From Stylophora pistillata (Eukaryota): DNA of 64,000 nucleotides. The position numbers and the translations under genes were made by a program. Positions 40,009 through 51,631 of the stretch are shown here, one piece after another; the first letter of the stretch is position 1, and each line of letters starts with the position of its first letter. The stretch spans positions 1 to 64,000 of the forward strand of contig NW_019218203.1 of the NCBI RefSeq assembly GCF_002571385.2, in the 5' to 3' direction. The notes beneath the pieces were generated by a model. The model was not told the DNA's origin. It was given only the letters and a program-made list of their open reading frames with translations, and did no database searches.

Positions 40009-43000
40009 CATACGTACATACATAAACTTTATTTACCTCGAGTTTAAGAGCAGCCGTAAGCTAATATCTTCGAGTGATTAAAATGAAGTAAAAGAAATAA
40101 GCTAAACTAGAATAAATAGCTTCGATCACTATACCCACTGTAGAGAGTATAGATGGCTTCATATGCTGCACACAGTATAGATGGCTGTATCCTCTACCGG
40201 AAGTGCAGATAGCATACTAACAGACAGTAGAGTGTGTAGATTCGCCTTTTCCACTTTAGACAGTGTTTCTGTAGTGTACATTGAGAAGTTGAACGTGTTC
40301 ATACATGAGTATAAAATACGCGAATTATGAGACTACAAGCTGTTTTAACATGTGGTGTATACCTTCGTTTGCTTCCGTATAACTGATTATTGAATATCAC
40401 TCTGTTGAAGCTCTATGGAGGGCATGTGACTTCCACCCATTTATTAGAGGATATGGAACTGATCAACTTGGTGATGAAAAAAATTAGACCAGATGGAAAA
40501 CCAAATGCTCCCGTATGGATTGCAAAAGAAGGAAACGAAGTGAGTTTTGCTGTGTTTTTTTTGTCAAACTCATCTACTGTTGCATATACTGCTGTTCACG
40601 GTCCCTATCTTTAATTTTGAACTGGGCCTTGACAAGTTTGTTTGAGTACTGCAGGTAATTAAGAGGATATCTTTCTTGGTGACATGAATGGAGCTGATAA
40701 ATGTTGCCTACATTTTTTGACACAAATAGAGCTCGAAGTTTACCATATATTTTTTGCCAAATCCCTGCTATTCATGGTCCCTATCTCTGATTTTCAAATT
40801 CTGCCTTGACAAGTTTGTTTAAGTACAGTAGGAAATTGAGAAGAGAAATTTTTGGTGAGATAATTAGAGAGTTCGAAGTTTACCAAGCTCTAGTTTAAGT
40901 TTAGAAATCTTAATGGCTTTTTGCGGAATTAGCTAAATGTTTAGACACTTGTAATTGTGGTTATTTCCTTTGTATTTAGTCCGTCAAGACCTCTGCTAAT
41001 ATTTGTTCTCTACGATCCTCGGACCGTCAAAAACAGGGTTTAGTTTTGAAACCATACGCTGAACTTTTTTGGAATCTTTGATTATTTTATTAAACAGGAT
41101 TTAGATGATCAACTCTGCACCGTGATAACACCCGATAAACTTCAAAAAGAGGTTTCCTGTGACAGTCTTTATCCCTTTGTCTGTACAACGGCTGGTGAGT
41201 ACGTGCTTCTGTTGAATCCAATCGGTGCCATATAGCTAATCTCTGCACGCAGTGTGTATTCTTTTTTTACGTAGCAATCTCTCTTTTTTTATTTCATTAA
41301 TTTTTTTGGCATTTTCTATAGCCATTCTTCAGTCCTCCTTTGGAAATTTGGAGTCTCTGACATGATTTTTCACATGGTCATACATTTGACTGTATTGGCA
41401 TAAGAAAGCCTTGCGCGATCATACGGGCCTAACATCGAGCCAACTTTAAGAAACTTTCAGTTCTAAGTTACAGCTGTACAGACAGTAGATCTGTATGACA
41501 TCGTGTCGTATGATTGGTGTCGTATGACATCAATCCATACATTAAGAACTGGATAATAAGCTTCCTATGTGATCGCCGACAGAGAGTAGTAGTTGATGGA
41601 GTGGTTACCACTTTTCTGAACGTTAACAGAGGGGTTCCCCAGGGAACTGTGCTTGGACCCTTACTTTTCTCTATCATGGTGAATGATATTAAACCGGTCA
41701 GCCCCCAAACCCTACTGATCAAATATGCTGATGATATTACAGCCCTAGTCTTAAAGATTTATCACATTATGAAGTAGAAAATATCAAACGTTGGGCAGAT
41801 AAAAACCTGATGACACTAAACACGAAGAAAACCTTTGAGATGGTTGTTAAAGGTAAAACCACAATGCCCCTTCCTGAGCCCGTGGACGAAATAACCAGAA
41901 AAAGCGAACTAAAGCTGCTAGGAGTTGCAGTAAACGAAGATCCATGTAACTGGGACGTTCAATTTGAAAACATGCTCAGCAAAGCAACTTCTAGACTGTA
42001 CATCCTCAGAGTCTGCAAATACTACGGCTTTTCATTACAAGAACGCACACTGCTGTTTGACAGTCTAATTATGTCACTTTTTACTTACGCAATTGAGGTG
42101 TGNNNNNNNNNNNNNNNNNNNNNNNNNNNNNNNNNNNNNNNNNNNNNNNNNNNNNNNNNACTTTTACCAGCTCAGAGAGCTAGGAGCCTCAGGAAAAGAG
42201 GACATAATTACATCCTGCCTCTAGTTAGAACCCAACGTTTTAAACGTTGCTTTTTTAATAGATGTCTTTTCGAATTTGTGTAGCCACTTAGTCTTGAATG
42301 TACATAATGAATTGATATATGTAGGAAATTGTAAGTCCAGACGTTTTGTCTCTGGACGTGTTTCTTTTATTTTTTCCAAGTCAATAAAGATCTTATCTAT
42401 CTATCTATCCTGATTACCCACGGAGCTGACCACCTTCAGAACTGTGAACCCGAAGAAAACAAAAAGATCGCTTAGTCTCACAAAGGCGCGCTTAAGAGTT
42501 AAAAGCTTATTTGACCCTTCATCTTCGCTCTGACAAAGGGCTAACGCTCGAGACGTCAGCATTAGAAACTATTTACGATGGCCATTATACATTATCAATT
42601 CAGTTAATAAAACCAAATTATCTTTTATTACCCCTCACCAATGCAGCACTACAGTTTCTTTAGAAACCTACCATCTTTATTCATTTGTCCCTTCATCATA
42701 CTCATTACTTTTGATGGATTATGTTTCCGCCTCTGATTTGAAAGAAGTCAGCTTTTAAAGTGGTCTAGCGCCTTTTTAACGAGGTAGGCTCTAGTTAAGC
42801 TTCAGTGGAGCTTTTTCATATCTAAAGTAATCGAAAACAATTGTCTATTTTTCTCGTTTTTAATTTCAGTTTTGAAGTGCTTCAGCTGTACCCCAAATAT
42901 AACAATGGTGCCACCATTTCTTTGCGATAATCTCAGAAACTATGCTGTGGTAGATTGTGCGAAGAGTACATCGTGTTTGACCACTACTTTAACGACGTCT

Positions 43001-43395
43001 ACAAGCCAACCGATATATATGATGGCTTGTGGTGAGGTGAGCAAAGTGATGTTATATCTCTAGAAGAGATTTGTGCACTTAACACTACGAAATGACTGTT
43101 CAATAGTCATGACCACCATCACCGAATATTTGTATTCCATATTGCTACCTTGGGTAAAAAGATTCCTTTAAACGGTCTCCCTTACAGGCAATCGCTCCTA
43201 ACTCCAAGGTTTTGAATTGTTCGGTTATGGCGAAGTACGCGTGTGAAAGCGTGATATCATCAATGGTAAACAGCTCAGAAGTAAACGTAGCTTCGTGTCG
43301 ATCAGTCTGCTGTGGGAAAGATAAGTGTAATGTTAAGGACCTTGGTGCTACAGACCCACCAGTGACCACTTTTCCGCCTACCACCGAAGCAACAG
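23103..43395 (+). CDS. Bark beetle/Anakonda-like giant SRCR/CUB/beta-helix protein, copy A (15 exons; one in-frame stop at 38737; 3' end not found)
   Basis: Exons 23103-23570, 23873-24026, 24120-24589, 25638-25878, 27716-30472, 31143-33848, 36009-36155, 37295-37459, 37563-37769, 37973-38782, 39413-39507, 40411-40539, 41098-41194, 42870-43036 and 43188-43395; all GT-AG and phase-consistent, total 8821 nt. Confidence 0.85.
23873..24026 (+). CDS. Copy A exon 2: SRCR1 core
   Basis: VACRQL...[35 protein letters not shown]. Confidence 0.9.
24120..24589 (+). CDS. Copy A exon 3: end of SRCR1, beta-helix, start of CUB-like module
   Basis: GHGEDIGIEC..WNGIEF...FCSFDD...IDCAK; AG/GT boundaries. Confidence 0.85.
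24666..24950 (-). mobile_element. LINE 3' remnant with (TTA)n tail in intron 3
   Basis: (AAT)n run at 24666-24726, followed by minus-strand FGARSFSVAAPTLWYTLP-like sequence. Confidence 0.6.
25638..25878 (+). CDS. Copy A exon 4: CUB-like domain
   Basis: MIRIQPGKQLVV...LQVHDG...SSGHELFLRFRY...VRF; phase 0 to phase 1. Confidence 0.85.
26690..27356 (+). mobile_element. Degenerate Penelope-like element with hammerhead motif in intron 4
   Basis: Decayed copy of the GIY-YIG/pLTR sequence at 8101-8680, with a short inverted piece at its 5' end. Confidence 0.75.
27224..27257 (+). ncRNA. Minimal type I hammerhead ribozyme motif (canonical CUGACGA core)
   Basis: GCT-CTGACGA-A-GGGC(TAAC)GCTT-GAAA-CGTC-AGC. 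Confidence 0.65.
27716..30472 (+). CDS. Copy A exon 5: beta-helix, NWWG motif, SRCR2, CUB-like
   Basis: Open 2.76-kb exon with N..F..N coils, MNWWGT, RLAGGAGPWEGRVDF and CQHVLETEPGY. Confidence 0.9.
30670..30814. repeat. Palindromic element in intron 5 (same family at ~12050-12220 and ~63185-63300)
   Basis: Arms AATCGACAGTGGTTTAGCGT and ACGCTAAACCACAGTCGATT. Confidence 0.65.
31143..33848 (+). CDS. Copy A exon 6: beta-helix, NWWG motif, SRCR3, CUB-like
   Basis: Open 2.7-kb exon; YNWWGT, LRLVDGDFPWKGRAE, LCHQLGY; GTGAG donor at 33849. Confidence 0.9.
33861..34006. repeat. Palindromic hairpin element at the start of intron 6
   Basis: Arms ATGTTATTCACCAGC and GCTGGTGAATAACAT; core CGAGGCCGTAGGCCGAG. 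Confidence 0.7.
36009..37769 (+). CDS. Copy A exons 7-9: MAM domain (36009-36155, 37295-37459, 37563-37769)
   Basis: CTYEIGFCGW...AMISPP...CTLVYFYRLRG...LSVY...LIW...WRKVVIDL...VAVDNLLLSGC match MAM hallmarks; all introns phase 1. Confidence 0.8.
36852..37144. mobile_element. ~290-bp foldback MITE-like palindrome in intron 7
   Basis: AACCGGGCAG...CAAGAGTTAA...GGTCAAAATAT mirrored by ATATTTTGACC...TTAACTCTTG...CTGCCCGGTT. Confidence 0.7.
37973..38782 (+). CDS. Copy A exon 10: beta-helix and third NWWG motif; contains an in-frame TAA at 38737
   Basis: IDAAQNWWG...RIYD...LATV*YKPVQK..LLT, then a GT donor at 38783 in phase with the lectin exon. Confidence 0.8.
39413..41194 (+). CDS. Copy A exons 11-13: C-type lectin-like domain (39413-39507, 40411-40539, 41098-41194)
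   Basis: CPLGW....TCY.....EAKDYCK / YGGHV...VWI / C......VSCDSLYPFVC. Confidence 0.8.
41500..42410 (+). mobile_element. LINE RT 3' fragment in intron 13
   Basis: WIISFLCDRRQRV, GVPQGTVLGP and YADD motifs; stop at 41775; (TATC)n tail; spans the N gap at 42103-42159. Confidence 0.85.
42515..42685 (+). mobile_element. Short Penelope pLTR remnant with decayed hammerhead
   Basis: CGCTCTGACAAAGGGCTAACGCTCGAGACGTCAGC...CAGTTTCTTTAGAAAC. Confidence 0.65.
42870..43395 (+). CDS. Copy A exons 14-15: Ly6/uPAR three-finger domain and T/P stalk (42870-43036, 43188-43395)
   Basis: LKCFSC...C...DC...SC...ACG / NC...C...SC..VCCGKDKCN, then TDPPVTTFPPTTEAT; phase 1 acceptor matches exon 13. Confidence 0.75.
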
Positions 43396-43800
43396 GTACC
43401 AGCAATAATCTAATAGCGTCAGGTTGGAATTCGAGTATGGCCTTAAGCTACTGTAAGTATATAAACTGTAAAACCCTATGCTTTCGCCGATTCATGGCTT
43501 TAAATATTGCGAAATCGTTCATCGACCAAAGCTCAGGTTTTAACTTTTAATGTTTACGGTACTTTAAGGCCTTACTGGAGTTCCAGTACTATCACTGAAA
43601 TACAGTGAAGGACAACCTAACCTACTTATAAAGCATCGGAATTGGATGTAAAAAAATAGAGAAGTCTCTAGGATTGTTACCAAAATCTTACCATGCCATA
43701 GTTCTTTCCGTCCTTTTTTACATTCTTGCATGTTGTGTTTTTCCTATAGAAAGTAGTCGATCGTTTACTTGGTAGCTCGTTCATTCATTTCAAGCTAATA

Positions 43801-44219
43801 GAGAGATTTAGCTCCCACGATTACGTGAAACGGCAAACGACAGCTTGCCCTTTCAAGGTTCACGTAAAATAGCTCAGATCACTTCGGAATGGACTGGCAG
43901 CCGTCTCATGAGTTAGCGTGAGTTCTTGTAACTGGCTGATGAAGAAGAGTGCAGCATTTGAAGGATTTTTTAACATGAAAGCTCATCTGTCCTTATATGA
44001 CTCAAAGGAAATAGTTTTGTTACACTATTTTCTGGGAGTTATCTTCCACGCTCCGCGAGAATAAAGGAAAAATCTTATGCACACGGCATGCGCGAAACAG
44101 CGTTCGTTCACGAGCAAACGGCAAGGCGCATCCGGCAAATGCGAAAAATGGCTGGAAAATCGTGGTCACCAGGTCATTCTTGCCGTTCACGTTTCGCGAA
44201 AACTCGGCGCTAAATCTCT
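43801..44219. mobile_element. MITE-like element
   Basis: Imperfect TIRs AGAGATTTAGC..ACGTGAAACGGCAA and TTGCCGTTCACGT..GCTAAATCTCT. Confidence 0.55.
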
Positions 44220-45139
44220 GGAATGTCTATCATTCTTTTAAACAGTTATAAAGATACATACCCGTTTGTTTATTTCTTTAGATGCTTACTGGGTCAGTAA
44301 TTACATATCTCCATGATATAGTAGATCCAGACCAACAAACGATATATCAAGGATTGAGTAGAAGAGTGTTTTCCAAAATGAAACTCATTACAGCGGAAAA
44401 ATCTTTTACTTTCTACCAAGCTTTGCATTTTCGTGAAGTGTTTCGCTGAGCACCGAATAGTTGAAGTATTTACAAATCTGTGGCATAACTTTGTGCAGAG
44501 AAGCACACTGAAAAGCCAATAGGCGAGGCCTGTAGCTTTTCATTGGTCTCTGTAGGTCATTCACTATTTGGGAGTTTGTTGAGGAAGGTTTTAATTACTA
44601 AACTATGATTCCACAAACTAAATCCACCTAATAGTTGGAGTGACCTGGCCTTGCGAACGTCTTTTTAAAGGTGCCTTGGAGTCCAAGGTACGCGTACAAG
44701 AAGTTTGCTTAGTGAAATGTTGACTTCTGATTTCTTGAGACAAGAAATCGAAAGCATAATCGTTCCCTCGGTACTTTCACATATTAGTGGCTTCAGTATA
44801 TAAATTTTTCAGGGTGATATAGCTGAGTTAACACTCGGAGAAGCCTATAATGGACTCCGGGTTCGCTTATCTCCATGTGAACGATGTTGTCACTGTGTCA
44901 AAAAGCATGGTCTCACATCATTGAACATGATACAATGCCACTTCAGAGTAGCTGAATGTGAACACCCATGAAACATGCTGAATCCGTGTTTGTATTAACA
45001 GAAAGCCCCCTTCAGCAACTAAAACTTGAAGGGAGGTGTAAAGTTCCCTATATGTTCGAGGGTTTTTCTCTAATACTGTAGCGAACATGATTTAAATGTG
45101 CTCGCGAGGTTTTGGGACACATCATGTATGTTCTTAGCT

Positions 45140-45405
45140 CAAAATCATCGTCACCTGCGCGTGTAAAGCGGGCTTATGAAAACGAAGGTAAAAAATCTAT
45201 TCAAGGACCTCGCCTTCAGCTTGGAAGCTCGACTTTGATACTTTTATGCCTGTTCAAGATGTGTCTTTTATGTTTGTTATTGATGAGACGGGGAGTATGG
45301 GCCAGGAAATTCAAGCTACAAAGAACATTGTTATTGCTTTCTTTAATTATCCGCGTCAAGCCCCCGTTGAGTACACTCTCTCACCATTCAAAGACCCTAT
45401 CCCAG
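45140..45405 (+). pseudogene. Degenerate vWA exon of a VWA7/hemicentin-like paralog
   Basis: FMFVIDETGSMGQEIQATKNI...VEYTLSPFKDP (MIDAS-type DxTGSM) ending at a GTAAG donor (45406); the upstream part is frameshifted and no downstream exons are visible. Confidence 0.7.
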
Positions 45406-46114
45406 GTAAGTCAGGCTATCACGCACTATCCTGCATTGTTACGTATTACATGTTTGATGCAGCAGGCACAGTAAGGTGTCTGAATGAGAGAAGTGAATTT
45501 AGTTTTGTCAAATGAATTGATAATGTAAATTTGCCAGCGGTAAAGACTTTCTAAGGCTGACGTTCCAAGCGCTAGTTCTTTGTTAGAGCCAATGACAAAA
45601 GGATTACGGTCGAAACGTCACTGATACAAGCGTCTTATTTGTTGAGCACGAGTGAGCATTCTGAGTTCGCGATTTGTTCACCGAACGTCCACGTTTATTG
45701 TAGGGTTAGCGGAAGGGTACACGCAAATTTTTCTTTCGCCTTCCCCCTAACCTTTCCTTTCTTCTCTCCCAACAACCATCCCCTGGATACAAATTTCACT
45801 CTCTCCCAACCGTGCTCCAGTTAATATCCAAGATGTTGATTAATCCCCTCGCGCAGACATAAAACTCATAGGGTTGCCTTGCAGAAAACACGCGTCACAA
45901 ATCAATTTACATAAGAGGCCGGACATTCTTTATTGCCTTGGGGTAGGGGGAGAGGGGTAGAGAAATTCTGGTTGTGTCACTAACCATCCTGAAGAAAAAA
46001 TCTGCTGTTACATACCTAGGCTTTCAGTCAACAAAACGGGCACTATGATTGGTTGATTCGTGGTCACGAGCCACTGATTAAATTCAAATGTAACTCGGAA
46101 AGTTTCTTTGTGAA

Positions 46115-49100
46115 ATCATTGTTTCCTCGTAAATTAGAAACTGTTTAAACTTTAATAATTTCTTTGTTTTATTTCATCGTTTAGTGTCAAGGTATTTCGG
46201 GTTCCTCGGTAAGAAAGTGGTCGAACTAAAGAATGAGATAACGGAGGCATGATCGACTTGTTGCACTGGTGTGTTTTGAATGTATGTTCCTCTTCCATAT
46301 TTACTTACAATATATTTCTTAGCACTAGAAAAATCATAAATTTTTAGTGAATAGTTCTTAGTACTAAGTTCTTACTACAAATTACAGACTATGACAGCCT
46401 AGTGCGGCTGGAAAACTGAAAAACTTCCTGAAAACTTGAGAAGGCTCTTACAAGTGCAGTCATATTTAGAACAAACTTTATAATAACGTGAGCGCAAATT
46501 TCTTACCAGTAAGTTAAGAAATAAAGTATAAAGTCGCGGTCGATTTCGCGGAGCTTTCTTGCGATCAAAGTATTCTTCTCAAATCATAAAAAAAAGCATN
46601 NNNNNNNNNNNNNNNNNNNNNNNNNNNNNNNNNNNNNNNNNNNNNNNNNNNNNNNNNNNNNNNNNNNNNNNNNNNNNNNNNNNNNNNNNNNNNNNNNNNN
46701 NNNNNNNNNNNNNNNNNNNNNNNNNNNNNNNNNNNNNNNNNNNNNNNNNNNNNNNNNNNNNNNNNNNNNNNNNNNNNNNNNNNNNNNNNNNNNNNNNNNN
46801 NNNNNNNNNNNNNNNNNNNNNNNNNNNNNNNNNNNNNNNNNNNNNNNNNNNNNNNNNNNNNNNNNNNNNNNNNNNNNNNNNNNNNNNNNNNNNNNNNNNN
46901 NNNNNNNNNNNNNNNNNNNNNNNNNNNNNNNNNNNNNNNNNNNNNNNNNNNNNNNNNNNNNNNNNNNNNNNNNNNNNNNNNNNNNNNNNNNNNNNNNNNN
47001 NNNNNNNNNNNNNNNNNNNNNNNNNNNNNNNNNNNNNNNNNNNNNNNNNNNNNNNNNNNNNNNNNNNNNNNNNNNNNNNNNNNNNNNNNNNNNNNNNNNN
47101 NNNNNNNNNNNNNNNNNNNNNNNNNNNNNNNNNNNNNNNNNNNNNNNNNNNNNNNNNNNNNNNNNNNNNNNNNNNNNNNNNNNNNNNNNNNNNNNNNNNN
47201 NNNNNNNNNNNNNNNNNNNNNNNNNNNNNNNNNNNNNNNNNNNNNNNNNNNNNNNNNNNNNNNNNNNNNNNNNNNNNNNNNNNNNNNNNNNNNNNNNAGA
47301 TGCACATCACTAAATTTGGAGACAAAGCCCCTAGATTGATTGAAGTAGCCGGAAACGAGTGCTCTGAATTCCAAATTATAATGGTAACCCATGTACCCAG
47401 GTGCTGGGCCCTGGGTTCTACGCCTCAGGTACTTGAAAAAGCGTTGTGGCCCTGATGCGTGAGACAGACAAAACTTTCACCTTGTGACTTTACACTGAAG
47501 TGAGCTTTTGTTCGCTTTTGCATTTTATAGGCTGCAGCTTAAGTCCTGTGTGAACCACAGGTGACGTTGCTGCCAGAAGGGTGTTTTCAATCACATCTAT
47601 TTGGCTATTCATCGTTTCACGTTGATAGAGGTAGGTTTCTATCTTAGCATTTTGAAACAGAATCATAAGTTGAGCTCATTTATCAACAACATTTTCCTGC
47701 GTAACGACCATTAATGTGATTGGGTCACCGTAAATTTAGACAAAAAGTTTGAAATTGAGAGCGCGCTCACAAAACCGTGCAAGAGAAATTATGCTATGCA
47801 AAAGAACTAGCGTTCTCCGTCTTTGTAACAAACAAGTAGAGCTTTATAAAAGCATGGAAGGAAGTAATTATGTTCCAGTACTCCAATATGAGCAAGATGA
47901 CTAAAGAAAATGTAGTTTTCAAACTGGCAGGATAACTTGTTTGACTTTGGACACTAAAAGCATTCATTTGATGTCAGCTTAAAACGTAATTAAGAAGAAG
48001 GAGACTTTTTGGAGCACTGAAAGCCTTAGAAACGTGAAATTAATGCTTGAAAATGTCATAAAACCGCACGAACAGTGGACAAAACAACGCCAACGCAATA
48101 TGTCGTACACTCGAACATGATTTACACACAGGACTGAACATATCAAATAAGTATCTTATACCTTGAAAATCAGTTTGAGGGGAAATAATTTTAACCATAT
48201 TTTAGGATTTTAAGGGTTGACCAAAATATTCCGATTTGAATCCGCAAAAGGAAATATTTTTGCGCATAAGATTTGCTATTTTAAGTAGGAAAACTCGGGA
48301 AGTTCTCTTTCTTGTCGAGCAAGCTACATAAGAATATGGACATTTTCAAAATAGTGCCATAAGATAGCGCGCGCGCAGTGGTACGTAATTCCTAAAGAGC
48401 TACTATGGTGGAAATAACGGCCGTGTGTACATAACATGTCGTGTGCAGTTTTACTGACTTTAGCTGCAACTTCCCTTCGAGTTTAGCCGCAAGGTTTCAA
48501 ATTTTCAGGAATGTCTTTCGGTTCTATTTCAATTGTGATCGACGCTTTGGAGCTCAAAATGAAACGTAAATGGGCTAAATAATACTCGATTCGAAAAACA
48601 ATGCTTGTGTAGCTCTTTCTAGCGATCAAATTAGCTTTGTGCCTAACTGCGATGGACTTTATGAGCCTTCTGACTCCAAGTGAGACTTTTCAAAGAAGCT
48701 GTCGGATCTTCTTTAGGAAGGTAAATATTAATTTTAAACGTTGATATTTCCCAAAAGTGCTGTTCAAAAGAAGATTTTGTTTTAAATCGTACAATTTCAA
48801 AATTTTGTTACATAGCTACACAATCTTCCGATCATAAATTTTTTAGTAAACAGCAGAAAAAGCAATCAAGAAGCAAAATTTAAATTGTTCTCGTCTGCGC
48901 CTCGAGCATCTCTCGCATCTGTCATGCCTCCCAAAGAGTCTGCAAATTTCCCGCGTGCATCCACAACTCAATACAAGCACACTAAGCATGAACCATTTTC
49001 TTATTGCTGCAGATTTGTAAGCTTCCATGCAAAAGATTTCACGTCACGAAAATGAACCCAGTAATCACTTTTAGCCTTGTTGTTTTGTCATGGAACAGTG

Positions 49101-51631
49101 ACCTCCACTGCGTTCTAAAAACCGAGTTCATTGCCAATCGTTAACAGTAGGGAGGCAGAAATTCTTGAAGCAACTGTGAAGTTCAGTACAAAATGTTAGT
49201 CTAGATAGAAGCAGATATGTCACGAATTTAAGAAAGTACATGACATCTTTAAAAGACAGGTTTCGACATGAATTTTAGTCCCCTAGAGCTAGGGAAATTG
49301 AGTCAATTGAAATTCTCTGCACGAGAGCAGTTAAAAATGCATGACAGCCTTTAGTGGCATTCAATGTCGTTTGTTAAGCAATGGCAAATGAAAAATGAAA
49401 ATTTCTTATGCTTTTAAAGTTGTCGCGAACTGATAAAGTGAGCCATCTCGGTTTCCATGGACAAAGGCATCAGGCGTCATCTTGACATTTATAAGCTATT
49501 TTTAACTCTGCGTATTATTAACTAACAATGTTTCGTTTAGTAAATAGGCGTTGCTTTTGATGACAGATATATTTTAATTTCACAACTTGTGATTGACATT
49601 AATTCCGTACAATGATTAAAAAAGTGTTAGCTTCTCATATTTTAAACCAGTTTTCAGAAGAATCAGTAAGAGAGAGAAGACGGTTTTTATAATCTGTTCG
49701 CTTACCCGAATCTGCTAACCTGAAGTGAGAAACCTATTTTTACGACCCGCCACAGAAGTAAGTTTCCAATAACGTTTTTCTTGAGTTTTGCTACGAGATT
49801 AAGACTTAATTTGCGTTTTTCTGATTTGGAATAATAAATGTATTTCTCTCAGATCGAATAATTATTAAAGCTTGGATAAGATTATACGGTTTGTGGTGGT
49901 CGTTTGAGCTGACCAGTTCCGAGCAAGGAAACAAACAATGCAATGGAAATTACCGAAGGAGAAAATTACAACCTGAGGATTGGAGACATGGTTGACAAAA
50001 ATATTCGAATTTGATTTCGGACACGAAAACTGGAGATATTTCCCCGTGTCATGCACATATGGCGACTTATGTCACTTCTTAGAGCAAGTTCTCATAAATG
50101 TTAAATAACAACTAGATATTAAGAATGTTCAACACGACGACAATCCATGCGTATCACATTTGCTAATTAATGGGAAAACATCAAAACTCGGGCTGTTTGT
50201 TTGTGTGTACAGTCCAAAAAAATGTTGTTGTCAGTTAAACATTGCTGCGATTTTAAATCTTTTACGTCAACTAAGAATTGTAGATTATCAGTCTTGCGAA
50301 AGTGTAGACATTGGATCCAAAATTCCTGATCAAAAGCCCCAAAATTGCTTTCCCTGGGAGTCAAAATATGCAAATATACGCGGAACTTATGAGCCCTAAC
50401 CTCCGTGAGTACAAAAGAAAAGAGAAAAGTTTGCATTATTTGAGGAATTATGGCTTCAATCCAACCTAAATACACCATATTGCCAAAAACTCATATCTAT
50501 GACGCATTTGCTTCCCTTTTGTGATCGTTTCATGAGTTTTCTGCGAATTTTTAAGATCGTGTGTTCACAAGTTTATTTGCTCAACTCTTGGTTGTTTACA
50601 GTTAATGACAAACTTCACTTCCTGTGGCCACAAAAATGTAGATTATTCAAATTGTAAATGTGAGGTAAACCTTTTTTTTTTTTTTTTTCAAGATCATGTT
50701 TATCAGTTTCCTAGGGGAGGGGTTGGTCGCCTTTCCATTCAAATACTGGATAATAGTCTTAAAAACAGCCCGCTGATCCACCGTGGATTTTCCATTCATT
50801 ATTTTATACTTTCAAACCATTTGTTGTTTGTCTTCTACGGATACTCTTCGTGTTACTGTTTAAAAAAAGAAAAAAATAATAAAAAGGCACTCTTGTGTAA
50901 CCTCACTCGATTCTTCTTTGCCGAATATATTATAAAGCTGGAGCATTTTCCAAGAATGAATGTTGTCTACTTTGTTAGAGCTTGGTACCAGAATAATCCG
51001 AGTTGAGAATCTTATCGATCAAAAATTGAAGCTTTTGTAGTGATATTGAAACCCATGGCTTTCTCCTGCAAACTAACATGAATTTAGGAAGGTGATGACA
51101 TCATCCCCCTCCTTCTCGCCTGGGAGAATGGACTGGTTGTGTCTTAGAGGGTTTGTTGATGAACCTGACCATTAAATGAACCTTTTGCTAATAAATGGGG
51201 TAAGTTTCTAATGGAACTGCGGTGCTGCGTCGGTGGGGATAACAAGTTTACATTACCAAAGTTGACATTACGAATTTACTTTTGCTAATAATTTTCAGAT
51301 GAAAATGTTTTAGACAAATTGATCCCCGTCTTTTATGTATGCAAGTAGCTTGAAGACTTACCACACAGCAAACAATAGCATTCTGTACAATGATTTCCAA
51401 TTTGTTTTTGCAGTAGTAGCCATATGTAGTCTTTGCCATCCTATGCTTCATTTTCCATGTTGTTTTGTCGAACTCGAGTTAATAATTTTCTGCGTTGTTA
51501 TGTGTTACGAGAATTTTTCATAATGAAATTATACAGTAGACTTTCCCTTAAATCTGGGCCAATCAAAACTCACAGAATTTTCCGCCTGCATTACCTTTAA
51601 GGCATAGAAACCTTGGAGTTATCGACCAGAC
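46115..51631 (+). repeat. Segmental duplication of the upstream region of copy A (lacking its TE insertions)
   Basis: Collinear with 14311-18214 and 21124-23102; extra pieces match ~11545-11970 and ~5785-6160. Confidence 0.85.

Noticed and set aside
39775-40023. MYVCMYV ORF
   Set aside because: Translation of a (CATA)n microsatellite tail.
40590-40885. ~176-bp imperfect tandem duplication in intron 12 as alternative exons
   Set aside because: No convincing open frame with matching splice phases; looks like ordinary local duplication.
46559-47455. Long ORFs of 248-298 aa on both strands
   Set aside because: They are artefacts of the 698-N gap.
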